Shown: piece after piece, positions 24,833 through 36,790 of the stretch | Layout: each line of letters begins with the position of its first letter | How positions within the stretch are numbered: position 1 is the first letter of the stretch | Assembly (NCBI GenBank): GCA_964187785.1 | Contig: OZ076409.1 | Coordinates: forward strand, 99,512,001 to 99,576,000 | DNA from: Amphiscolops sp. MND2022 | Taxonomy: Eukaryota | Reading direction: 5' to 3' | DNA: 64,000 nt | The notes under the pieces: model-generated | Seen by the model: the letters and a program-made list of their open reading frames with translations, nothing else | Databases searched by the model: none | Told to the model about the DNA's origin: nothing | Program-made: the position numbers and the translations under genes

Positions 24833-27800
24833 TCAATGTTTTTTGCCTTTGCCGGAATTGGGTTTCGCCTTCGGTTGATCACTTTCAAGAGACGATCCAG
24901 TACAGCGACTGACAGGGACACTGACTCTGCTCAAAGCTGGGTCCGGGGACGGAGTACTATTAACACTACTAGTGCGACTGACACTTGGGGTAGTAGTGTT
25001 CGAGGAAACCACCGGTTTTTCATGGCGTAAAACAGCCTTCCGATATCCAATTTCCAGTTTTCCCAGCATGGAGGCTCTTCGGGGTCCACTTCCTTCCAAG
25101 AAGTTCCATACCGAAAACTTCTTGTCTGTTAATAAATCAGAACCACGCCCCAACAAACGAAAAACTCGACTAACAGATCTTGGGTCCCGGTATAAGCTAG
25201 ACACATGTGGGATAGTGGAATATGACATTTGCAAACTTTTTACACAAGATTGGAAGGTCTCCTCATTGGATCCTAAAGCTGGCATTGGGACTACAAATTC
25301 AGTAGGCCTCTCTACTAGTGGGGGTAAACACAAACAAGCAAATTTGTACAAAAGAAAGAGCTCAGGCCGACACTGTAACTCGTGATGCGAAGAGATGAAA
25401 TGTATCCAGTCATCATATTCCAATCCAGTCCCTGAGCGGAATTTCGTAACAAGTGCTCGGTACTGGCTGACCATTTTTACTCGATCGCTAGAAGAAATCA
25501 ATCCAATAGAAGCAAAATGACTAGAAAGATCCTCGATAGCAACTGTATAATTAGCCTCGGTACCATCGAGCATCACAGCAGGATCAAAAGCTGATAACCC
25601 TCTCATCAATTTGGATTTGATGTTTTCATGCCCCATCAGTGACTTGCAAAAGGTTTTACTGAAGCAAATTGATTGGTTCACAAATTTGCTCGGCCGAGGC
25701 AGTTTACTTGCTGAAACTAATCGGTAGAAGTCTTCATTCAATACATATTCGTCCGCAGTTTTGAACGGCAGGCTGTCCTGAGTGAGATCCAGTTGCAAGA
25801 AGTTGTCCCAGTCAGAGATGTTTCCAAGAGTTTCATCTGGTAAAATGCTTTGGAGTTGACTGTAAATGAATACAGCAAATTGGTTGAAGGCACGAAACCC
25901 TCCTTCCACTCCTTTGCGAACTTCCGAAAAGGCCGAGTTATCTAAAACACAATAAATTAAAATTCTTGATAAGTACAATATTAAGTCAGAAACAACATAA
26001 TTGAAGGACAGTCTGAACTACTAGATGTGATACATAACACGTGTCAAATAATACGTACGAGATTCAAAGAAATAAACATGAACAAGCGGAACTAATTATA
26101 CGTCATTCTACGGAACAGGCTGCAACGTCTAAACGGCAGTGTACGAAACTACTAAGCAGATTATACGGCATTATGCGGTTCGAGGTGTGATGACTATACG
26201 TCACTATGCGGAATTGCTAGATGGACTATACGTCACTATGCGGAATTGCTAGATGGACTATACGTCATTATGCGGAATTGCTAGATGGACTATACGTCAT
26301 TATGCGGAATCGCTGGATGGACTATACGTCATTATGCGGTTTATGCAGAGACTGCTGCAACACAGAAATAAAGTAGAAGGCGGCTTATTTTCACTCACAA
26401 ACTAGAATGAGTGCAGATACGAATCAAAAGAAAACTGTGATAGAAGTACAAAAGATGTAACAATTTTACCAAAGATGAGCTTTGGTCTCGTATTTTCACA
26501 GAGACTCCCATGAGAAATCCATTAGAACGCATTGATATATAACCGAGCTTAAGATTTCTGATTTTTGGCCGGAAGCAAAATTAAGTAAACTGAGAAAAGG
26601 AAATAACTAACAGTGATCAAGGACACAACGAATCACGAAGAGACGTGCTAGATACGTTGTGTCGAGACGAAAACACTCATCTAAAGTGTTCGGCTGAAAT
26701 GAAAGAATGAAATGAACAAAAGGTACGGTGAATTTAAAGAGGAGATAGTGAATATGGGAACGACAATAACCTCGCGCATATGAAACCGGTATACAGGGAG
26801 TCGTGATACGTGATTTAGATGATCACGAACGTGGTTCCAATTATTTGAAAGATGCTCGATAATGGCAGAGGCATCTTCAAGGGAGTATTCCAAACGAACT
26901 ACACACTGAAACAGAAACAATAAAAGTAAACGAAAGTATACAGAACCCTAGGAGTGAATCACAAGTAAGTATTTTACTTTGTGCAACACGGGGATTTGTT
27001 GCAGCCAATCTTTGTCAAGTGTTGTACGTAGTTTCATCAGCAGATAATCCAAGATAGCTCTGTAGTCATGGCGCTCTATAATCTGTGAAGTTGGAAGGGG
27101 GAGACTTTTCTCGAACTCATCAGGTCCATACGTCTTGACAACTGTCGGTGGCTGTTTCCCGGGAAGACAAGTAGATAGGCAGTCGCCCAATTTGTCACCC
27201 AAGTCAACAAGTGACAGACAAGTTGACTCCGTCTCAAAGAGGCTGAGAAAAGATGACATTAAACTGAGAATCTTCCTGGGTAGCAGCATTCCGCGGGGAG
27301 CACAACCCAAACAGACTCTATGGAACACGTTCCCAGACCAGAAGCTGAGGATGAGGAAAGACGCTGTAGGAGTCTGCTGCAACGCAAGGGAATAAAACCC
27401 CGAAGAGGCGATCGCAGTGACGCAGTAGCTGATTAGCTCCCGAAACATGTGTACAAGGATAGCCTGTGAAATAAACAAACTTGTTAGTCTTAAGGCTCAA
27501 ACATGAAATATATAGTTTCAGACTCAAAATTAGTTCCAGAAAGAAAAGATAATAGACTCTTAAATTGACCAGCAAAAAAAGAAACAGCAAGAAATCACTA
27601 ACGAAAAGTCGCTGAGGGCTCCAGTTTTGTGTTGTCATGTGACTGCTACTGGCAATCCGAGCTAGCTCATTGTAAATTGATGTCAAACTGTTGATATGCC
27701 CACCATATCTCAATCCATGCTCGAGAACAGTTATTTGGGACAAAATTTTCTCTGTAGGACTTTTTACCGCGCTGAAATCAGGTACAACATCTTGTCCTAC

Positions 27801-29302
27801 GAGAGGTCGGCAGACATCTAATTGTGGAGCAATGGGGTACATGTCTTTGGCCTTTTTCTTGGCATCCTGAAGTGCCACCCCCAAAAGCTCTTTTTCGTTC
27901 TTGTCATACAAGGCTAATCCCGCTATTTCCATCCTCATTCGGTGTTCCTTCAGTAAATGAGATTCGGTGCGATAATGAGATACTAATTCCAAACTCCCCC
28001 GACTCATGAGAGACAGTTCAACTTTACACACCCTGCACCACCACTTGTGAGGGGTCTTGTCCTTATCGAGCGGGCCGGTCGCTGAAAACTTTATCACTGG
28101 ATGTTTTTTGAACATCGCGCTGGTCAAGGAATATTTTGGCCTACGACGTTTTCCACTTCTAACCATGTTTTCTTCTTGTAATTCCAAGGCAGGTACTCCA
28201 GTTAGCGCACTCGTTCCTGCTTCTTCTTGGCTTGATGTTGCAGTAATAGGGGCCGAATTTGTCGCATCAACAACCATAAGTGTCAACGGTTGATCACAAT
28301 CGCCTCTTTCCCTTGTCACGTACCCTTGCGGAATTCGTTCCAGGAAGCTACTGATGGTCCGAATTTCTTGTCTGGTGACACTGATGCTGGCCCGAGTGCA
28401 CGCAGGTTGAGAGGCCTCGGTCGTGGGAATTTCCATTTGTTCAGGAGGTTGAGTGTTAAGTCGCTCACTAGCCTGAGCCAGGTTAAAGTCAGCTCTGGTG
28501 AATTGGCTTAGACTTTCATTAGTGGCCGTAGCGAGGAATTGATTAAGAAGGGGTGAAACTACCTGACTAGATCTGGGAGAAATAAATTCTTCCAGCAATT
28601 CCCGGCCTAAGTCAGCTTCGTTATTTTCCATCATTCCAGTGGGAGTTTCGTTTAAGCTTGGATTGTCCTGATCAGCAGTGTTTTCTTCCGCCTCTAGAGT
28701 CTTTTGTGGATCCTGTAGAGTAGTCGGAGCGATGGTAGTTAATGGTAGCTCTGGTTCAGTTACGACAGCGATCCCTTCATCAATTTGTAGTGGGACAATA
28801 GCTGGAGATTCTTGCACAACAGGGGCAGAAAGAGATTTAGGTGATGAGGAATGTAAGGGCGTGTAAGTCTTCGCAGGTGAAGGTGTCAGTGATGACTCTC
28901 CTACTTCAGGTTCAACTGAAACAAAGGACTTATTACGATAAGGTAATCGGTGGTTCAAAAGCTAGCTTATTCTGTTCTAAATCAACCGGAACCGGACGCG
29001 GTTACAGGAAATGAAGAGAACGGAAGTCGCTTACAAACTAGAAACGGAAACGTTTCAAAAAATCTGAATCCGATCTATCATATACATAGATCACACGCTC
29101 TGACAAGCCTGGCCAGCTTCACGAGAAAATCTAAACCTTTAAAACAAATTAAATCGGATTGAACCAATCAAAAGTTGAATTTACCTGGATCTGACTAAAA
29201 GGAAGGGTTGTAATCTCTGCCTCCAAATCTGCGGTGATGCGGGGCTTGGTCCCTACGAGACCTTCGTTTTCCTGATCGCTCAGCCCCGGATGGCGAATCC
29301 AT
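24833..29302 (-). CDS. Antisense six-exon gene (~1080 aa): zinc finger plus hAT-transposase-like protein. Exons 29302-29185, 28915-27603, 27463-26978, 26905-26771, 26693-26612, 25941-24833
   Basis: Five GT-AG introns with pyrimidine tracts and matching phases (1,0,0,0,1); the exons sum to 3243 nt. The last four junctions are supported by colinearity with the element C homologue. Exon 1 has an in-frame TAG (29195-29197) and is the least certain. Confidence 0.8.
26096..26339 (+). repeat. 32-bp tandem array (GACTATACGTCAYTATGCGGAATTGCTAGATG) inside intron 5 of the antisense gene
   Basis: Near-perfect units start at 26192, 26224, 26256, 26288 and 26320; degenerate units at 26096-26191. Confidence 0.92.
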
Positions 29303-29690
29303 TTCTCCAGAAAGAGGAAGTAAGAGGAAGAAAGAAGCAAATTGAAAAGGAAAAGTGGAGTGTAAATTGCAAAAGCTGTAAACGAACTTGGGACAAATTC
29401 TAGAGTAATGAGAGGGTGAAATGGAGAATATAATTGCAAGTTCAAAGTCGATACTTTAACAAAACTCTAACTACACGATAATTCGTATAAGGCGATGAAT
29501 CGAAACAAAAGGCGTGGCGTAACGTAACAAAGAAAGGCAAAAAGCAAATGGTATAAACATGCGCAAATATGCAAAGTAGATACTGAAATCTGATTGGCTA
29601 ATTAAATGTCAGTCACGTCTGCCAGCGTGATTGATTGACTCATTGCATAACGCCAATGGCTAATTTAAGCATAGATATTGTTTTGGCTGA

Positions 29691-29968
29691 TAGTATACGG
29701 CAATATGCGGATTGCAAACGCAGAATATGCGGTAGTATGCGGATTGCAAACGCAGAATATGCGGTAGTATGCGGGTTGCAGAAGAAGAATATGCGGCAGT
29801 ATGCGGATCGAGCAAAGACGAGCATGCGGCAGTATGCGGAGTACAAGAGAAGAATATGCGGCAATATGCGGATTGCAAGAGAAGAGTATGCGGCAGTATG
29901 CGGAATGCAAAGGAAGACTATGCGGCAATATGCGGTTCCTGCAGTGACGTATACTCGTCATCCTGCGG
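29691..29968 (+). repeat. 32-bp tandem array (GAATATGCGGYAGTATGCGG...), ~8-9 units
   Basis: Directly visible; same core and period as the LTR and intron arrays. Confidence 0.92.
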
Positions 29969-30790
29969 TTCTCGCTGCATATTCTTAATAGGATGAATTA
30001 ATGCAGTTCGTGGCTGGAATTGAACAGATAAAGAAGTATTACGTAATATTATGAAGAAAATTAAGCACTCTCAATGATAAACACGTGTGATATTGTTGAT
30101 GCTTAATCACAACGTCAGCTTTATGTTGAATTTAGTTCATTTAGTAAATTTCGAACTGATAATGTTCTGGGAGCTTATAAAAAAGAAACAATTGTCAGAA
30201 CCGGAAATTATACGTCAAACCATCACCCCACACGCATTTTTCAAATGCGGGACCAAGTTTAACACATGTTTTTCTTGGAATTAATGGTCGATTTAGCTGT
30301 GCTATTAATCAAAAGTGAAACATGCTTCATAACTCTTTTCATCATTTCATAAAATTAGTCATGTAAGATTAGATAAAGTTTTTCTCCCAACTTTTCAATA
30401 AATATCTTCATGGAGGCATTTACTTACTTTGATGTCCCGTTGAATTTTGTTTATATATCATTCAACTGTCTGGAAATTGTCGGAAATCCAAGTGATGAGC
30501 GGCAATCCGATGATGTGTTAAGTAAAACACCTTTTATGGAAATTGTTTATGAGTTATTGCAAGTGAGTCTCATGACATGACTCCTAGTAAAACCCTTATA
30601 AGGGGAATGGAGGACTCGAAAAAGCATGACTCTCAACTTTTCCGCGGGATTTTGTCAAAAACAGAAGGGAGAAGAAAATCAACCACCATATGGTCCTAAT
30701 CAATCTGAAATTCGGCTGCCTTTCACAAACTGATAACTTGATACTTAAAATAATTCTCCCATTAATTTTAACTTGAATAATTTTGAAAAA

Positions 30791-31819
30791 ATGGACAAGC
30801 TTCAGTTCAATTTCGATGAAGATAGCCTTTACTCTCCTCTATCTCCCGATGTCATCGATATCTCCAGCGAGACAGAAGAAACCTTCTCAGTTGCCCCAGG
30901 AAACATATCGCAATTGGGAGAGAAATTCAGAGTAAATCCGGCAGAAAACAATCTGATGACAGCATTTGTTGGATCTTCATTAGCGACACTGTTTCCCAGT
31001 TCAAACGTACTAGCGGGGCACGGTGATGCTGCATGTGTGGAAGGAACCCAAATAGAGCAAGACCTTATAGAGTTGATGAACGACTCTCAAGACGACCCTG
31101 CAGGCTCTCCATCGTCGTTCATCGACAGTGAATTTGAAGAAGGAAACCTGTTCCCATGGACAGAAAATAGGGATGCAGCCCTAAATACAAATAGTTATGG
31201 CCGACCATGTGCCAGAGTGTTACCTATTGTGCGAGAAGATCAAGACGAAGAAGGAATCTTGCCAACCCCAACGGTTACAAAGGAGCCCAGTAGAGAACTT
31301 GGCCAAGCGAATATGCAAAGCATGCTCATAAATGACCCTATGGACTACGAAATACATAGCAATGTAGCCCAGTCACAACAACCAGTCATGAGGACCATGC
31401 AAGGATTCAACTTGTTCCCAATGTTATTCCCAATCCCGTTGGAGGAGACAACACATGGTACCCGCCAAACACCGTTCGTCGTGCAACAACCCATGCAGCT
31501 AGGATTCCCATTCGACATGGTACATAGCCCAAACGTCTTGTTAATACCAGCCCAAGAAAGACAAGGCATAAGACTACTACCAACGGTCATGCCAAATGTG
31601 GCAGGGCATTGTGATTTCTGTGGGAAATGTTTCGATCAAATAGCATTAGAGACGCTTGGACAATATCTGGTCGCCACGGAGTACGACGGTGAAATTGTCA
31701 AGGAGAGAGCCATCAGGTCGAAAGCCTTTATCCACGGCTTCGAGGCAGCATTGTTCCTTTTTAAAAATGCGGGACTGTCACACCCACCAAGATGTGATGG
31801 CTCCGTGGTGCAACTCTAG
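30791..31819 (+). CDS. Element A accessory ORF3 (~342 aa, acidic/low-complexity, C-terminal CxxC), unknown function
   Basis: Uninterrupted ORF from ATG 30791 that runs 44 nt into the 3' LTR. Contains HCDFCGKC; no signal peptide or TM segment seen. Confidence 0.7.
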   Translation: MDKLQFNFDEDSLYSPLSPDVIDISSETEETFSVAPGNISQLGEKFRVNPAENNLMTAFVGSSLATLFPSSNVLAGHGDAACVEGTQIEQDLIELMNDSQDDPAGSPSSFIDSEFEEGNLFPWTENRDAALNTNSYGRPCARVLPIVREDQDEEGILPTPTVTKEPSRELGQANMQSMLINDPMDYEIHSNVAQSQQPVMRTMQGFNLFPMLFPIPLEETTHGTRQTPFVVQQPMQLGFPFDMVHSPNVLLIPAQERQGIRLLPTVMPNVAGHCDFCGKCFDQIALETLGQYLVATEYDGEIVKERAIRSKAFIHGFEAALFLFKNAGLSHPPRCDGSVVQL

Positions 31820-33304
31820 AAAGGAACAAGCAACGGTACCTCCTAAATAAACTCTTTCGAACTCATGTGGACCCGTTGATAGTGTGTTTTCTTGTGCATT
31901 GTTTTCTTTAGAAAGTCATGTAAATATGATATTTATACTATATTTGCCATGAAAGAACTTTCATTGTTGTGCTAACAAACCCCGTCTTCCCATTAAGAGT
32001 CCTTATGTTGATTAAACAATGAGTTATCTCGCCATCTAATAGTATAACTTGCAAGTTTCTGACTCATCATGATCATCATCGTGATAATCTGCATTTTAGC
32101 ATAGTACTATTATACGGTATTATGCGGATCAAGGTGTGACGTATACTCGTCACTATACGGTTTTGATAATACCATTATGCGGTATTATGCGTTTTGAGGT
32201 GAGATGTTTATACGGCATTATACGTCTTTTATGATAACATTATGCGGCATCCTACGGTTCGAGTAAGAACGATTATACGTCATTATGCGGTTCTCGCAGG
32301 AATTATTGAATGATCCCAGGACGCGTTCTAATAGCATTTAGAAAGTGTTTCAGCCATATTTAGAAGTTATTTTGAGATATTTTCCAGGGTTTTGCAGTTT
32401 CTTGTCCATAACCACTTCCCATGATGTCATGTAAATGTGCTATTTTTATAATATGATGTCATTTGACGCAATTCTATTTTTGTGCTGGTTTTCATGATGA
32501 CTCTAATAAAAAGTGGTGTCATGATTTTTAAATATATTTAGTTTTGTAATATAATTGGAAGAATTCATTCAAGATTTGTCTTTCACCAAAAGCAGTTGCT
32601 TTTCAAATGATTGTAAACCTCTTCGATTTCATCACTGTAAACTCTCCGATCTTGTTCTTTTGAGATATTAAAGTCAATTCAAATTCTTCCCCAAAAGCCA
32701 GAAAACATTTTCACTTGAGACGAGATGGGAAATAGACGAAATAGACGGTCCAGAAGACTAGAAACTCCTTCCCCAGAGAGAAGTGTAGAAAGGACCCAAG
32801 TAGAAACGCCAAATACAGGTAATATAACTTTAACTAATCCTGATACTGTTGTCCAAGAAAATTTAGGTGAAAACAACATAGGAGAACAATTAGTCGAACC
32901 CAGTCAAATCAGCACTGAGATTCAAGCTTGGACCCAAATATTTGAACAAAAGAACAACGATAGAATAGAGAAAATGAGAGAAGAAATGGACAATAAACTT
33001 GAAACCATTCTCAGAGAAATAAAATCAAATAAAAGTGCTTCAATAGCAACAAACCCAAGGTCTGAAAATGATGAAACACGAAACATGCAACCTACGGGAT
33101 CCAAAGGAAACAAGTCTTTAGGAGTACACGCATCTAACAATGAAAATTCAGAAACTGAAGACGAAGATTTTCCTCTTAAGGCATCTAGAATGAAGGATCT
33201 AAAACATCCTGCAAAGCCTTTGTTTCGAGCTGAATCTGATGTAGACGTAACTATCCATTCAGACGAAGAGTCTGATGCAGAGAGCCTAGACGAGGATTAT
33301 CACA
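31776..33304 (+). repeat. Element A 3' LTR (1529 bp), with an intact copy of the gag N-terminus from 32725
   Basis: Direct repeat of 17089-18616, preceded by an imperfect purine tract aaaaatgcgggac. Confidence 0.95.
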
Positions 33305-33629
33305 GCAGTAAAGTTTCCGTAAGATATTTAGATTATCATAATAAAAGTTGCTGGCAAAATTAAAGTACATGTAAAAAGTTCATGCATGTTCAACAAGGGT
33401 ACACAATATTTCCTTTTGATTTCAATAATTTATTCTAAAATCACATTTTGTGTTGAGCATTTCAAGTTTAAACGTTGAACCTTCATTATTCAGAAATCAG
33501 GCTGCTACTGACTGAATTTTATCCGAACTATTCTAGAAATATAATAATTTCATCTCTGTTTGAATTGTGGCAGGCAGAGTCATGGTCAAGTGGTAACATA
33601 GATTTCCTAATTTCACAGAGTTTTTGGTA

Positions 33630-33985
33630 AACAAGCCGAGAACGGCCCAAGTCGGCGCCATATCTAAGACTCAAAAATAGCAAAAGGACTTCAAAGTGTC
33701 AAGTATTCTCTTCTACAGTACCCGCATGAGGAAAATATTGAAAAAAATCATTTTTTTCATTTTTTTTTGGTCCCCGGGAAGTCGCATAGTGTCGAAAAAT
33801 GTAAAAGGGGACCTCAAAAAAGCCTTATTAACCTCTATCCTCTATCTCAAGTACCAGTAGAAGTAGTGTGGCATTTAGTGTTTATTGAAGTCAGCTTATA
33901 AAGCTTATAAAATGAAGAGTCACTTCGTTGGTCTTGAAAAAAGTCACTACTATAGTCTGCGTTTTTCTACGAAATGCGCCGAAAA
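33630..33985 (+). mobile_element. HINE/DINE-1-like copy
   Basis: aacaagccgagaacggcccaagtcggcgcc ... tagtctgcgtttttctacgaaatgcgccga. Confidence 0.55.
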
Positions 33986-34371
33986 AAATAGGGGATTCAG
34001 AAACAAACGTCATGGTGGTTCGTGTTCATCTCAGACGTGACTTCTTCAGGGGTGTATGGGCAATCACAGAGGAAACTTGGTGTGTTGTAAAGTTTTATTT
34101 TGGCCCCAATATGGTTTTCATGATTCTAAAATTTCTGTTGCTTGAGTGACAGGTTTTTTCTGATTGGTTCAGCTTTTCAGTTATTCGTTTTCACCCTGGG
34201 AGTATTCACAGGAGTTACTAGAGAAGTGGATTATAGCGACGCCAAGTCGAACCGGAAGGTTAGTACCCTTGTTAAACTTCCTTGAACGTTTTATATGTTC
34301 TTTAAAGTTGCCAGCAACTTTTTCAAAGATTTTCTAAATCTCTCGCAGAAACTTCAATGCGTTATTATTTC

Positions 34372-35877
34372 TGTCACAGTCCGCGCCCGGACTGGATTGA
34401 ATTAAAAGCAAACTAAAACTAATATAGGTCACCGCTTCGCCAATACGATTGAATTTGCGTCGCGACTACGCTACGTCACAGCTATGGCAGCTAGCTAGAA
34501 TTTCATTCCAAAATGTGACGTCAGCATCTCGTCTAACTTGGCAACTAGCTAGAAAGTATTCCAAATCAGACGACGATATGACGTCACAGCTATGGCAGCT
34601 AGCGAATTTTCATTCCAATTTTACGTCCACTATATCGGCGGACTAAGTCTAATACTAATACGTACGTCCACTTTACGTCGCCAATCCATCAAAATAGCTG
34701 TTTTAATTCATCCAAAACACCACATTTACGTCCACGCTACGTCCACTATAATGGCGGACTAAGTGTAATACCAAATTTACGTCCACTCTACGTCCCAAAT
34801 TTATAAAATTAGGCGTTTTAGCCTGTATCAAACTTAAAAGAAGCTTCATTTTACTACGGTAAAATTAATCAAAGCTAGAATATGAATCAACGTCAACACT
34901 ACGTCGCAATTTAACTAACCAAACCAAATTTTGAATCTACGTCAGTATTGCGTCGACTAAGATTCAATTCGAACGGAATATGGTATTTAAGCCAGGATTT
35001 TTCAGATATACTTAAAATAACAGTGTTTTAATACGGTTTACATTGAAAAGTCACAGTTTATATTCAATTTGTGTTAATAAAGTGAAGTCCAAGCTGGATT
35101 TTAAGTGTACGTTTTGACTACCTAATTTCATAAGTTCATATGCTGTTTGACGATGTCACGTCGTCTTTTATTGTTGCTCAAAGGTGTTGCTCCTAACTTT
35201 AATCAGATAAATATTTATCAATTGTTGAAAGATATAATTGTTTAGCCTCATGTAAATCAGTCACTCTCTTAGCATCACCAAATTGCCTAAATCAAGATAA
35301 TTAGTCATAATTTTCTCCAAGTGGAAATTCAAAATCAGGTATTAGTTGTTCACGTCAGCGTCATCTCCGCGTCGGTTTCTTACGAACCAAAGCAGAAAAA
35401 CGGGGAAGTATTTCCTGTTTGACAGACTGAAGTAATATCTACTTCCTGCTTGGGAGGAAACAAAAGGACGCCGGAATGAAATGATATGATCATGATTGAT
35501 GTCTAATACTAGATTAGAATTGCCGTGTCTTTAAAATTGACGAAATGCTGACGAAGATCAAAGTTTTGCCGCAAAATTACAGGAAGTGACTAATATCTCG
35601 ATGGAAATTAAAGTACGCGAGTATGAACAGATGATGCTAGGAGGGTATATATAGCTTGTACCTGTAAACTTATTCATTCAATTTCTGATTCAATATGCTG
35701 TCTTGTATCAAATTCTACTTTGTTTTGGTAAAACAATTACTCTGCAAACTTCAATTCAAAATGGATAAATCCGAAAATCTTTTCATCAAGAGAAGCTAGA
35801 AAGAAGAATGTCCTTCAAAAAAGCAACAAAAATAATCAGAAATGTACAGAACAACGACCCTAACAGGAGTCGTTACA
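34372..35877 (+). repeat. Element B 5' LTR
   Basis: About 9 substitutions versus 37673-39178 (by eye); TATA-like gggtatatatagc near 35643. Confidence 0.95.
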
Positions 35878-36560
35878 TGGTGACAGGAGTTTTGGACCTT
35901 TCAACAAATGTACCCAAGAAAACCTCAGCTTAAACTACCGTCGAAAGAGCGTCCCTCCACATCGCGGAAACTCTTCACCCCAGAAACGAAGACGAACATA
36001 CACTAATTGAGCAACGCAACCCAAACGGCAAATGGAGACTACTTGTTGACCGACTGATGATAAACGAGTTAACATTCGACGACTACACCAACAACTCTCA
36101 ACCCGTCAGTACATCGTCAGATGCAGTCCAACACCTGCCGAAGACAACGTTTACCACAACACGAGGTTCCAAAAGCTGGCACCATACCCCTGGGGCGTTA
36201 CCTTTGCCCAGAGTCGGGTGAATTAGCTCACATCGGTAAGTATATAAAAAAAGAAAAACTAGACTCTTCCTGAGGCTGAGATGTGCGTTCGAAAGATGAC
36301 AATGACGTAGTCTCTGAAGCACACATTCCCGAATCGACTAGTCAGAAAATCTAAGCTAGGAACATACAAAAGCGGAAAAGGCCTATCTGCAGTTTCGTAT
36401 GATTCACAAAAGCTTAATGGAACGGGGAATGTTACAAACCTAAGGGTTGTTGAATAACCAGCGCGTCGGCGTCACTGATACGCACATCTCCCTCAGAGAA
36501 CAAAAATGAGTCTAAATATCACTTTGCAGATCATGATCTTTTAAGACCAAATTGATCTGA

Positions 36561-36790
36561 AAATGACCGGGTTATAACAACCCATATACAAAGACGACGC
36601 AAGATTGACGTCGCAAATGACCGGGTTATAACAGCCCAAATACAAAGACGACGCAGGATTGACGTCGCAAATGACCGGGTTATAACAACCCATATACAAA
36701 GACGACGCAGTATTGACGTCGCAAATGACCAGGGTTATAACAGCCCAATACTGATACGACGTCATTATGACGTCAACAATGACCGCAAAA
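36561..36790 (+). repeat. 54-bp tandem repeat (~4 units) in the element B interior
   Basis: aaatgaccgggttataaca...gattgacgtcgc units start at 36561, 36615, 36669 and 36723. Confidence 0.9.

Larger units (their letters stand above)
17089..33304 (+). mobile_element. Element A: near-intact 16.2-kb Ty3/gypsy LTR retrotransposon with accessory genes
   Basis: Direct repeats TGTCACA...TTATCACA, TSD GCATT/GCAGT (one mismatch), PBS TGGTGACAGGAG, domain order gag-PR-RT-RH-IN. Confidence 0.97.
16670..33401 (-). repeat. Repeat family R copy split by element A (16670-17088 and 33305-33401)
   Basis: The rejoined flanks align with the reverse complement of the rejoined flanks of element B (34263-34371 and 39179-39546). 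Confidence 0.75.

Noticed and set aside
24833..29302. Antisense gene as a recently nested autonomous hAT transposon
   Set aside because: No TIRs or 8-bp TSD are visible, the presumed catalytic Asp is Gln, and a homologue sits at the same position in element C.
26096..29968. 32-bp arrays as CRISPR arrays
   Set aside because: The linkers are short and related to each other rather than unique spacers, there are no cas genes, and the context is a eukaryotic retroelement.
29635..29996. Overlapping short ORFs (MRQYAD repeats)
   Set aside because: They are translations of the tandem repeat in several frames on both strands.
30791..31819. ORF3 as env
   Set aside because: No signal peptide, TM segment or fusogen Cys pattern.
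32725..33363. 212-aa ORF as an independent gene
   Set aside because: It is the LTR-encoded gag N-terminus duplicated in the 3' LTR, running into flanking DNA.
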